The notes beneath the pieces are model-generated. The model was given only the letters and a program-made list of their open reading frames with translations, had not been told where the DNA came from and did no database searches. This document shows, piece by piece, positions 1 to 7,960 of a stretch of 64,000 nucleotides of DNA (the stretch's first letter is position 1; every line of letters begins with the position of its first letter). The position numbers and the translations under genes are program-made. This DNA comes from an uncultured virus (IMG/VR IMGVR_UViG_3300020042_010191) (taxonomy: Duplodnaviria > Heunggongvirae > Uroviricota > Caudoviricetes), in the IMG/VR virus record IMGVR_UViG_3300020042_010191. One strand, 5' to 3'.

Positions 1-2
1 AG

Positions 3-335
3 GTGTTCATCAAGCTCAAAGAATTTCAGAAGAGCATGGTTGCCAACCGGACGAACTTCAAGCGTCTCGAAGTTTATTTCGGGTCCTTTGATTTCAACGA
101 ATACATCGGCAAAGAGATTGTGCTTGGTGTTGAGAAGGTCAAGAGTCCACAAGGTGTGGTTGATGCGCTGCGATTCAGCACACGACCGCTACCTAAAAAG
201 GAGAAGCCAAGCATCACACCTGAGCGATTCGCCAAGGCCTTGCAGGCCATTGCTGATGGCAAGACTACAGCTGAGAAGTTAATCAGTGACTTTAATCTAA
301 CACCTGAGCAACATGCTGAAGTTACGAGCAAGTAA
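3..335 (+). CDS. Hypothetical phage protein (probably 5' truncated), recombination-module associated
   Basis: ORF open at the window edge, directly upstream of the exonuclease. Confidence 0.6.
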   Translation: MFIKLKEFQKSMVANRTNFKRLEVYFGSFDFNEYIGKEIVLGVEKVKSPQGVVDALRFSTRPLPKKEKPSITPERFAKALQAIADGKTTAEKLISDFNLTPEQHAEVTSK

Positions 336-1098
336 GTGTGCACCGCTATTCAACAGCGGCTCACCAGGGCTTACGCCTAATCAACAGGCAACCCTTGATG
401 GTTTACTAGCCAAGATCAAGTTGACTGAATTACAGGCAGCCAAGCGCGACGAGTTGGTTACAAAGCGTGACCAACAGCCTGAGCTAAGTCAAGGTGCCAA
501 GACATTGATCGAGGAGATCATTGACGAGAAGGTATACCAGTACAAAGATCACTTCTGGAGCAAGGAGACTGACAAGGGTACAGCTGTTGAGGACGAGGCG
601 ATTGAGCTGTATAACCGCGTGTTCTTTACGTCATACAAGAAATTGTATGACAATGACGAGTATGCATACCTCAACACACCACTCATGCATGGTCACCCTG
701 ACATCGTTGACGCTGAGCGACTTAAGGTGCTTGACATAAAGTCATCATACACCAAGAAGACGTTCCCGAAGACTGAGGAGAAGGCCGCTAAGAAGGTCAA
801 GGAGTCAGGGTATGACTGGCAGGTGAAGGCATACTTATGGATGCTACGTCAGATGACTGGCCTTGATTGGCGTGATGGTGAGGTGGCATACATGCTATGC
901 AACACACCTGAGGAGTTGTTAGGTGAATGGGACGAACCAAGCTTGCACTACATGGATGACATTGACGACAATATGAGGGCCACCATAGTTAAGGTGGCCC
1001 TAACTGACGATGACATCTCAACGATCGAGAATTGGTTGAAGGTAGCTAATGATTATGCTGATAAATATATTGGCGTATTAAAAACCAAGAACCTATGA
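313..1098 (+). CDS. YqaJ/lambda-exonuclease-like PD-(D/E)xK nuclease
   Basis: KGTAVEDEAI, GHPDIV...DIKSS and YDWQVKAYLW motifs. Confidence 0.75.
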   Translation: MLKLRASKCAPLFNSGSPGLTPNQQATLDGLLAKIKLTELQAAKRDELVTKRDQQPELSQGAKTLIEEIIDEKVYQYKDHFWSKETDKGTAVEDEAIELYNRVFFTSYKKLYDNDEYAYLNTPLMHGHPDIVDAERLKVLDIKSSYTKKTFPKTEEKAAKKVKESGYDWQVKAYLWMLRQMTGLDWRDGEVAYMLCNTPEELLGEWDEPSLHYMDDIDDNMRATIVKVALTDDDISTIENWLKVANDYADKYIGVLKTKNL

Positions 1099-1355
1099 GA
1101 GTCCGGTTGTTAACAGATGGCGGGTATGGCTTACGTCATGACGAGGTCGGTAAGATCTACGAGGCCAAGCGACATAACTACGGTTACCTAGTTAATGTAG
1201 GTACTGATGAGTTATACTTCTATGCAGATGAGGTTGAGGTGATCCAGGACCATATCTACTTTTTAGAGGCTGTAGAAGACAAGGCTGAAAACTATGTCTT
1301 AGGTATTGCAGTGGCAATAATATGTATTGTCACAATTATTTTAGTAATCTTTTAA
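1095..1355 (+). CDS. Hypothetical protein with C-terminal transmembrane segment
   Basis: ATGA overlap with upstream gene; hydrophobic C-terminus. Confidence 0.6.
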   Translation: MRVRLLTDGGYGLRHDEVGKIYEAKRHNYGYLVNVGTDELYFYADEVEVIQDHIYFLEAVEDKAENYVLGIAVAIICIVTIILVIF

Positions 1356-1363
1356 TTATATAT

Positions 1364-1705
1364 ATGTTTAAATTCAGAGGAATTGTCTACAAGGTAGGCA
1401 ATGTGGAGGTAATCTCCGAAAAGTTCAGCAAGCGTGAGCTAGTATTAACTGATGGTGATGACCAGTATCCGCAGTACATTTCATTTACATTTGTTAAGGA
1501 CAAGTGTGCACTTCTTGACAACCTAGCTGAAGGCCAGGAGACAGAGGTGTCGTTCAGCTTGAAAGGTCGTGAGTGGACTAGTCCACAGGGTGATGTCAAG
1601 TACTTCAACACCATTGAGGGATTCGCAGTAACGGGTGCAACTAACGTAGCGCCTAGCACACCGGGATCAGGTCACACTGACGATTCGGATGATCTACCCT
1701 TCTAA
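1364..1705 (+). CDS. DUF3127-family (Bacteroidetes SSB-like) protein
   Basis: FSKRELVL...YPQYI...VSFSLKGREW...YFNTI and acidic DDLPF tail. Confidence 0.8.
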   Translation: MFKFRGIVYKVGNVEVISEKFSKRELVLTDGDDQYPQYISFTFVKDKCALLDNLAEGQETEVSFSLKGREWTSPQGDVKYFNTIEGFAVTGATNVAPSTPGSGHTDDSDDLPF

Positions 1706-1739
1706 GAAGTTGTTTGCCCACTAGTCTGGGTATTGGTTC

Positions 1740-1768
1740 AATGGGTGTAGGCTAGTGCACCCATTTTT
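1740..1768 (+). terminator. Intrinsic terminator
   Basis: AATGGGTGTA/TGCACCCATT stem followed by a T run. Confidence 0.6.
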
Positions 1769-1781
1769 AATCTAATGTAAT

Positions 1782-2018
1782 ATGTGGTATAGAACATCTA
1801 CGGCTGATCAGCCGACCGACCCAATAGTTGATAGAGTAATCAAGAAATATCATGAGAGGTCCCAAGCTGGGATCAAGAAGTATGGGACGATGCTAACGCG
1901 TGACGACTACGAACTGATAGACTGGCTTAAAGAAGCTCAGTCTGAAGCTATGGATTTTGCATTGTATTGTGAAGCAGCAATAAATAAAATACAAAAAGAT
2001 GGGAGCAAAACAGCGTAA
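1782..2018 (+). CDS. Conserved small phage protein (GIKKYG...DWL..AQxEAMD type)
   Basis: Motif pattern common in phages; possibly MazG-like helical fold. Confidence 0.55.
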   Translation: MWYRTSTADQPTDPIVDRVIKKYHERSQAGIKKYGTMLTRDDYELIDWLKEAQSEAMDFALYCEAAINKIQKDGSKTA

Positions 2019-2709
2019 TTTAATAGGTCTTAGATATAACATGCTTATTGTTTTAGAAAGCCTACCTAGTACAAATCTTGGAACTAGTGGTTACAAAAAA
2101 AGAATGTGGCTATGTAAATGCGACTGTGGAAATTTGACTAAAGCAGCTACAGGAGATCTTACTGGGGACCATAAGAAATCTTGCGGTTGTTTAACTGCTA
2201 CGAAATCAGCTCAAAACTCTATAAATTCAAGGCATAAGATAGCTAAACAAGACGCTGGATATAGGAGTATTTATTCAAGTTACAAGGGAAACGCAAGGTC
2301 AAGAGAATTAAATTTTAATGTTGATTTTGACTATGCGGTAAGTATTATGAAGTCTAATTGCCATTATTGTGGAATAGAGCCATCTAATATTTATATGAAA
2401 TCTTATTACAATGCGACTTATAATGGAATTGATAGAGTAGATAATACTAAAGGATATGAAAATGACAATGTTGTTTCTTGTTGCAAGATGTGTAACATAG
2501 CAAAAAATAATAACACAGAGCAAGAGTTTATTACATGGATCAGTAGAGCCTATCATCACCAAAACAATAAGATGATTGTGAGAAAGAAGATGTGCGCCGA
2601 TGCATTCGAATGGCTTGAGCAGCAGCTTTACAAAACAAAGTGGGACGAGCTCACACACAATGAGAAGATGAATATTTTCGGATCAGCAAGACTAATGGCT
2701 AACCTTTAA
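1999..2709 (+). CDS. HNH homing endonuclease
   Basis: WLCKCDCGN, KSCGC, CHYCG, GIDRVDNTKGY...NVVSCCKMCN. Confidence 0.85.
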   Translation: MGAKQRNLIGLRYNMLIVLESLPSTNLGTSGYKKRMWLCKCDCGNLTKAATGDLTGDHKKSCGCLTATKSAQNSINSRHKIAKQDAGYRSIYSSYKGNARSRELNFNVDFDYAVSIMKSNCHYCGIEPSNIYMKSYYNATYNGIDRVDNTKGYENDNVVSCCKMCNIAKNNNTEQEFITWISRAYHHQNNKMIVRKKMCADAFEWLEQQLYKTKWDELTHNEKMNIFGSARLMANL

Positions 2710-2720
2710 ATCAGAATAAG

Positions 2721-2957
2721 ATGACAGCAGTAGAAAAAATAATTGCAGAAATAAACAATGAACTCCAAACCCTTGAAAGTTTACACGGAAAAGAAATATT
2801 TGGAAGAAAAGTAGGTTTGGCATTTGCTAAAAGAGTAGCAGAACAAGCCAAAGAAATGGAGAAGGAGCAAATAGTAACTGCTCATTATCAAGGATATAGA
2901 AATGATATTGGTACTACTGAAGTATCAGAACAATACTACAACGAAACCTTTAAATAA
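2721..2957 (+). CDS. Cassette protein (TAVE...AKEMEKEQI...YYNETFK type)
   Basis: Starts at the repeat ATG. Confidence 0.7.
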   Translation: MTAVEKIIAEINNELQTLESLHGKEIFGRKVGLAFAKRVAEQAKEMEKEQIVTAHYQGYRNDIGTTEVSEQYYNETFK

Positions 2958-2964
2958 GAATAAG

Positions 2965-3105
2965 ATGGAAAATAGATTAATAGAAAAAATGAAAGGCATG
3001 GTTCTCATTATAGTAATAGCAATATTGGGATTTGGTATTGTAAATACATTTATATTATTCCAGAGAATACAAGATTTAGAAAATAAAATAGAAGCGATTA
3101 AATAA
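2965..3105 (+). CDS. Cassette membrane microprotein
   Basis: Starts at the repeat ATG; one hydrophobic helix. Confidence 0.6.
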   Translation: MENRLIEKMKGMVLIIVIAILGFGIVNTFILFQRIQDLENKIEAIK

Positions 3106-3112
3106 GAATAAT

Positions 3113-3250
3113 ATGACAGGTCTATTTTTATTCACATTCATTTTTATCATTGCTCATTTTTTTGAAAAGTCAGACTATGATAGAATGAAAGAAGCAGAAA
3201 AACTACAAGAAGCAGAAAAATACTATAACGAAACATTTAAATTAAAATAA
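3113..3250 (+). CDS. Cassette membrane microprotein, 45 aa (MTGLFLFTF...), paralog of 4678-4803
   Basis: Hand translation between two junction repeats. Confidence 0.65.
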   Translation: MTGLFLFTFIFIIAHFFEKSDYDRMKEAEKLQEAEKYYNETFKLK

Positions 3251-3251
3251 G

Positions 3252-3410
3252 ATGGAAAACATTACAATAAAAACAACATTAAAAGTTAGTGGTTATAAAT
3301 TAGGAAACACAACATTAGCACTACCTTACAAACCAAAATGGATTCATAGAAAGATGATGAGCATATTTTTTGGAGTAAAATGGGTAGATGAAACCTTTAA
3401 ATCAGAATAA
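3252..3410 (+). CDS. Cassette protein, 52 aa, ending ETFKSE
   Basis: Hand translation between two junction repeats. Confidence 0.65.
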   Translation: MENITIKTTLKVSGYKLGNTTLALPYKPKWIHRKMMSIFFGVKWVDETFKSE

Positions 3411-3411
3411 G

Positions 3412-3735
3412 ATGACAGCAGTAAAACAATTAACAGCAATGCAAGAACTAAGAGATGACTTAGTTTTAACTTTAGAAAATGGAAATGAAGCTCTTAATGA
3501 AATCAGTGACCCATTTATCCGTGAAACTTGTCAAAAGTTAGTAGAGATAACTCTTAATGAGATAATCAAAAGAATTGATGATGAGTTGTTAGGTAAATGT
3601 TATAGCGAGAAAGAAGTAAGAACGGCTTTTGCAATTGGTATGGACTATTATACTGAGCGTGAGGTATGGGATAAAAATTCTCCATCTCAAAAACTAGAAA
3701 ATTTACTAAATAAACAAGAAATTATTAACCTTTAA
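3412..3735 (+). CDS. Cassette protein
   Basis: Starts at the repeat ATG. Confidence 0.65.
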   Translation: MTAVKQLTAMQELRDDLVLTLENGNEALNEISDPFIRETCQKLVEITLNEIIKRIDDELLGKCYSEKEVRTAFAIGMDYYTEREVWDKNSPSQKLENLLNKQEIINL

Positions 3736-3746
3736 AACAAAATAAG

Positions 3747-4097
3747 ATGAAGAAAACTAAAAATAGTACCCCAAGTTCAGAATGGGAGTCTAAAGACAGA
3801 TGTCCTTCTTGCGGTAGCTTTTGTGATATACACTTAGACCTAGATGAAAATGACGAATGTAATGACTGCAGAAGTATTAAAACAGCAGTAGAATATATTT
3901 TAAATCTTGTAGTAGGAGAAGACGAGCAAGGAAAAGATGTTAGAGTTAAGGACACCATTAGTAAGTCTGAAATTGCCAAAGCCAAAGAAATGGAGAAGCA
4001 AGAGAAGATTGAATTTGCTTGCAAAGTTTATAATGAAAATTATCTAAAGGATAAATCTTTTAGAAAAATAGCAGAAGAATTAATTAAATCAGAATAA
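3747..4097 (+). CDS. Cassette protein with CxxC/CxxC zinc-finger-like N-terminus and AKEMEK module
   Basis: CPSC...CNDC; ends KSE inside the repeat. Confidence 0.65.
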   Translation: MKKTKNSTPSSEWESKDRCPSCGSFCDIHLDLDENDECNDCRSIKTAVEYILNLVVGEDEQGKDVRVKDTISKSEIAKAKEMEKQEKIEFACKVYNENYLKDKSFRKIAEELIKSE

Positions 4098-4098
4098 G

Positions 4099-4281
4099 AT
4101 GAATAAGTTAAAAATGATATACATTAGTTTATTTAAAGTTATAACTCTTGAACAAGCACTTGAATATAATTTAACATTTGTAAGAAATGTTTATGGTGAT
4201 GAAATTAACCAAATAAATTGTAGGTCAATTTGGGCTGATAAAAATGGTAGAATTTATAGAGTTGACTCTTTTTACAACTAA
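4099..4281 (+). CDS. Cassette protein
   Basis: Flanked by exact repeats. Confidence 0.65.
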   Translation: MNKLKMIYISLFKVITLEQALEYNLTFVRNVYGDEINQINCRSIWADKNGRIYRVDSFYN

Positions 4282-4299
4282 CCTTTAAATCAGAATAAG

Positions 4300-4530
4300 A
4301 TGACATCGGATATTACATTAGACATAAAAGATTATGTTTACTTGCAAAGACGTTCTTCATACAATAACAACTACTACCAATACAAAGAAACGGGTGAAGT
4401 TATTTTAGAACAATATGAGGAGTGTTCAAACGCCTATGAGTATTTTCTTTATGTTCAAGACCAACCATTAACCTTTTTAGGTGCAAGTGTTAAGAGTATT
4501 GAAGATGGTATTATTACACTAACTAAATAA
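4300..4530 (+). CDS. Cassette protein
   Basis: Flanked by repeats. Confidence 0.65.
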   Translation: MTSDITLDIKDYVYLQRRSSYNNNYYQYKETGEVILEQYEECSNAYEYFLYVQDQPLTFLGASVKSIEDGIITLTK

Positions 4531-4541
4531 ATCAAAATAAT

Positions 4542-4676
4542 ATGACAGCATTAATTATAACATCATTTTTATTTGTGGCATCCGTGTTTTACTACATTGG
4601 AAAGCACCAAGAGAGAATTGAGTGGAACAAACTAATTAAAGACGGAATACTTCCTAAACCAAATAAATCAGAATAA
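4542..4676 (+). CDS. Cassette membrane microprotein, 44 aa, ending KSE
   Basis: Hand translation MTALIITSFLFVASVFYYIGKHQ... Confidence 0.6.
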   Translation: MTALIITSFLFVASVFYYIGKHQERIEWNKLIKDGILPKPNKSE

Positions 4677-4677
4677 G

Positions 4678-4803
4678 ATGACAGGACTATTTTTATTTAC
4701 ATTGATTTTTATCATTGCTCAATTTTTTGAGAAATCAGATTATGATAGAATGAAAGAAGCGGAAAGGATAACTTCTTTTACTAAACAAGAAGTGGGGAAT
4801 TGA
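4678..4803 (+). CDS. Cassette membrane microprotein, 41 aa, paralog of 3113-3250
   Basis: MTGLFLFTLIFIIAQFFEKSDYDRMKEAE. Confidence 0.65.
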   Translation: MTGLFLFTLIFIIAQFFEKSDYDRMKEAERITSFTKQEVGN

Positions 4804-4916
4804 TAAGAAAATAAAAGGTATAAATACCCTAATTAACTAGTAATCGTTCTACTCCTTTGAAAAACTATTGTCGTTTTATTATAAAAAAACTAATTTTATA
4901 AAAAAAACAAAAAACC

Positions 4917-5780
4917 ATGAAAAACCTATTATTATTTTTATTTCTATTACCAACAGTATTGTGGAGTCAATATCAGAAAATGTCCATATATTACACTTTA
5001 CCCACATTCCAATATCCAAACGATACGTGTACAATTCACGTAGAACCCGCACAATGTACTAATGACGCTTGTTTAATCAGTGGATACATTCAAGGAGGAA
5101 CTAGACCTTATTTCTACAAATGGAGATATGTTTCTAACAACACAATAGTTCAGGACTCAACACCGTCTACTATTGTACCTGGATATGATTACCCACAAGG
5201 ATTTGATATATTAGACCGATTTAATGTCAGTCTGAATACACCACAAGTAAGATTGTTTGGTACTTTAAATTGGACAGGACAATGGGAACTAACCGTAATT
5301 GATAGTCGTGTTACTTCGGCAACTGATAAACACGATACATTAAAAGTTATTGTTACTCATAAGTGGCCAGAGACACCAATCATTAATATAAATGCTTGTG
5401 ATACTTGTGTTGATGATTATCTATGGGTCACACCTCAGAGAGGAACACCACCATATAACATCACGGTATCAAGAATAGTTGATGATTTTGGTGGTTCTGT
5501 TGTAGAATACTATGGTGAACATTGTAGTGGATTAAATATTACCAATTTGGCTCAATTACCTCCAGCCTGTTATATTATTTCGGTTGCCGATGTTTGGGGT
5601 TGTTATAATGAAACAACATATTGTTATGGTGTAACGACAGGTATTGATGAATTACAATTAAATAAAGAGTTGGTAAAGATAGTTGATTTAATGGGAAGAC
5701 CAACCGAACCAACACCAAATAAAATCCTGATATATTATTATAGTGACGGAACAATTATTAAACAATTAAAAACAGAATAA
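4917..5780 (+). CDS. Secreted protein with SprB-like repeats and T9SS type A-like C-terminal sorting domain
   Basis: Signal peptide followed by Q; GGTRPYFYKW and GTPPYNI repeats; C-terminal TGIDE...KIVDLMGR...ILIYYYSDGTIIK. Confidence 0.7.
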   Translation: MKNLLLFLFLLPTVLWSQYQKMSIYYTLPTFQYPNDTCTIHVEPAQCTNDACLISGYIQGGTRPYFYKWRYVSNNTIVQDSTPSTIVPGYDYPQGFDILDRFNVSLNTPQVRLFGTLNWTGQWELTVIDSRVTSATDKHDTLKVIVTHKWPETPIININACDTCVDDYLWVTPQRGTPPYNITVSRIVDDFGGSVVEYYGEHCSGLNITNLAQLPPACYIISVADVWGCYNETTYCYGVTTGIDELQLNKELVKIVDLMGRPTEPTPNKILIYYYSDGTIIKQLKTE

Positions 5781-5781
5781 G

Positions 5782-5937
5782 ATGAAGATAACAGTAGAAG
5801 TAGAAGGAGTAACTTATTCCGCAGAAATACAAGAAGCTAAAAGTTTTGATACACTAATTGATTTAGTGGTTAATTTATCAAGAGCAGTTGGTTATACAGA
5901 TGAAACTATTAATAAACGGATAAAAGAAGAACAATGA
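5782..5937 (+). CDS. Cassette protein, 51 aa
   Basis: Starts at the repeat ATG; ATGA-coupled to the next gene. Confidence 0.6.
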   Translation: MKITVEVEGVTYSAEIQEAKSFDTLIDLVVNLSRAVGYTDETINKRIKEEQ

Positions 5938-6230
5938 AATTAACAACAAATGAACAGGGAGTAATCCAATTGGAAGAAGTATTTAATGGGATTATTTTAA
6001 AAACAAAAGATGGTGAGGAAATGACCATCTGTATGAGAGATGGTGGATTTGAGTTTAGATATCAAGGAGAACGGTATTTCGCAAAAGAAGGATTTGTTAT
6101 GCAATTTAAGAAATCAATTCGTGGTAATAATTTAGTAGACCAAAGTCACGAAGAAGATTTGGTGGGACCAGGACCAGCACACTTAGCAAGGATGAGTGAA
6201 AAAAATAGATATATACCTAAATCAGAATAA
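5934..6230 (+). CDS. Cassette protein ending KSE
   Basis: Ends inside an exact repeat. Confidence 0.65.
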   Translation: MKLTTNEQGVIQLEEVFNGIILKTKDGEEMTICMRDGGFEFRYQGERYFAKEGFVMQFKKSIRGNNLVDQSHEEDLVGPGPAHLARMSEKNRYIPKSE

Positions 6231-6231
6231 G

Positions 6232-6321
6232 ATGAAAAGAAACTATATCATCAAAGTTAATGGTCAATATGTTGTTTTAACAGAAGGTCAGTATGAACAG
6301 TATTTAATTTATGGTATTTAA
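6232..6321 (+). CDS. Cassette microprotein, 29 aa
   Basis: Between two exact repeats. Confidence 0.5.
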   Translation: MKRNYIIKVNGQYVVLTEGQYEQYLIYGI

Positions 6322-6340
6322 ATCAGAATAAGATGACAGA

Positions 6341-6368
6341 AAGAGTCGACTCGGGTTGGCTCTTTTTT
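6341..6368 (+). terminator. Intrinsic terminator closing the cassette array
   Basis: AAGAGTCGAC/GTTGGCTCTT stem followed by a T run. Confidence 0.7.
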
Positions 6369-6480
6369 ACTGTGCGATATTTATATATGTAGAGTTGCGG
6401 CTACCATGTAAAATATTTTTAAAGAAGCCTTGTATTGAGTAGAGACCGCAACCTCGAAAAATACAAGGCTATTTACTAGT

Positions 6481-7053
6481 ATGAATTATCAAAGAATACA
6501 TGATCAAATCATTGAACGTGCGAAAACAAGAAAATTAAAAGGTTATCGAGAACGACATCACATCAACCCGCGGTGCCTAGGTGGAACAGATGATTTAGAT
6601 AATCTAGTTGAATTAACGGCTCGTGAGCATTTTATTATACATAAATTACTATGCGAAATTTATCCTAATAATAACAAATTAATTTATGCATACTGGATGA
6701 TGTGTAATATGAAATCTAATACACAAAATCGAAGTTATTTAATTAGTTCGCACGAATACGAACGAGCTAGATTGTTATTTAGCTATATGCATAGTAATAG
6801 AATAATAACTTCAGATACGAGAGAAAAATTAAGATTAGCTAGATTAGGTAAGACTATTAATATGCCTAATGGCCCATATACCCATACTACAGAAGCACGA
6901 GAAAAAATTCGAAATTCTAAGTTAGGAAAAAAACGAGGACCGTTGTCAGAAGACCAGAAAACTAAAATGTCATTAAAATTAAAAGGGCGTAAGTTATCTG
7001 ATGATCATAAGAAAAAAATAAGTGAGGCTCGTAAACGGAAAACTAATTTGTAG
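6481..7053 (+). CDS. HNH homing endonuclease with NUMOD3-like repeats
   Basis: ERHHINPRCLGGTDDLDNLVELTAREHFIIH; repeated (H/L)S/TxxxxxK(I/M)S units. Confidence 0.9.
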   Translation: MNYQRIHDQIIERAKTRKLKGYRERHHINPRCLGGTDDLDNLVELTAREHFIIHKLLCEIYPNNNKLIYAYWMMCNMKSNTQNRSYLISSHEYERARLLFSYMHSNRIITSDTREKLRLARLGKTINMPNGPYTHTTEAREKIRNSKLGKKRGPLSEDQKTKMSLKLKGRKLSDDHKKKISEARKRKTNL

Positions 7054-7471
7054 AATTAGATTTTACGGGTACTGCAGAAGAATACATAGTAAGCATATAC
7101 GAAGAACGCAAAGAGTAATACAAGTACGAGTATTAAGTATATAGTAAGTATATAAGCATATACATATACGTATAAAGATTCTCTATTACCCAGGTTTTCC
7201 CATAGACGCTACTACAGGGTAGAAATTGAGGATAGAGTCTAGTATGATCTCCCGCTCCCGTTATTTTTAGTTTGTATTCAGTAAAAGTACTAGTCGTATA
7301 TTTAGATTGATTTTTAAATTTAGTGTCTAGTAGCATCAGCTCGGGAAGGTTATATATCTCCCTGCCTGTCCTTCGCGTTTTAATGGGGCGTATGCTCTTT
7401 ATTACCCAGTCAATGGATATCTAGCATATTCGAGGCCCTAGATGTTCTTAAACGAACTAAAAGGGCTATCC

Positions 7472-7737
7472 TATTTTTAGTCCAATATAGTCTATTTTTA
7501 GTCCAATATGCGTTATTTTTAGATGAATCGACCTTCTCCCCCCGTCTATTTTTAGTCCAATTTCAGATTCTATTTTTAGAAGCATTGGGTTTATTTTTAG
7601 TTGACTCTCTATATATAGTGATTTCAATGCGTTTATTTTTAGATGGATATAGTCTATTTTTAGTCCAATATGTGTTATTTTTAGATGATTTTTAGTGTGT
7701 ATGCGTATATCTATTTTTAGATGTGGGTTATTTTTAG
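7472..7737. repeat. Phased TATTTTTAG repeat cluster (iteron-like)
   Basis: 11 exact copies at 7472, 7493, 7514, 7547, 7571, 7592, 7634, 7655, 7676, 7712, 7729; one more at 7262. Confidence 0.9.
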
Positions 7738-7859
7738 GTGCTGTATTTAGGTTTTAGTTCGGTTTCCTAGCTATTGAGCGTAAACATAATCCGTAACTTT
7801 TAGCTCGATCCGGTTGGATTCTCGCAGTATGTTTCATATAATATAAGAGTAAAAAGGAA

Positions 7860-7955
7860 ATGATTATGCCTTTAGTAGGATATATAGCAATTGGATTGAT
7901 AGCAGGCCTGTTTGCCTTAGGCATTTGGAATGACTTCATCCGACCTAGAAAGTAA
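7860..7955 (+). CDS. Membrane microprotein, 31 aa
   Basis: MIMPLVGYIAIGLIAGLFALGIWNDFIRPRK downstream of a TTGGAT-N17-TATAAT promoter. Confidence 0.55.
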   Translation: MIMPLVGYIAIGLIAGLFALGIWNDFIRPRK

Positions 7956-7960
7956 CGTTA

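Larger units (their letters stand above)
2701..6335 (+). repeat. Dispersed cassette-junction repeat (AACCTT)TAAATCAGAATAAGATG, 13 copies
   Basis: Exact 17-mer ending at the ATGs 2721, 3412, 4099, 4300, 4678, 6232, 6333; variants at 2965, 3113, 3252, 3747, 4542, 5782. Confidence 0.9.

Noticed and set aside
3113..4803. Diversity-generating retroelement TR/VR pair
   Set aside because: Differences between the paralogous cassettes are not adenine-specific, and no reverse transcriptase is present in the window
2701..6335. CRISPR array
   Set aside because: The intervals are whole ORFs of very unequal length (about 100-1100 bp), the repeat is short and degenerate, and no cas genes are present
7472..7737. 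CRISPR or mini-array
   Set aside because: The repeat core is only 9 bp and the intervals are short and partly repeated
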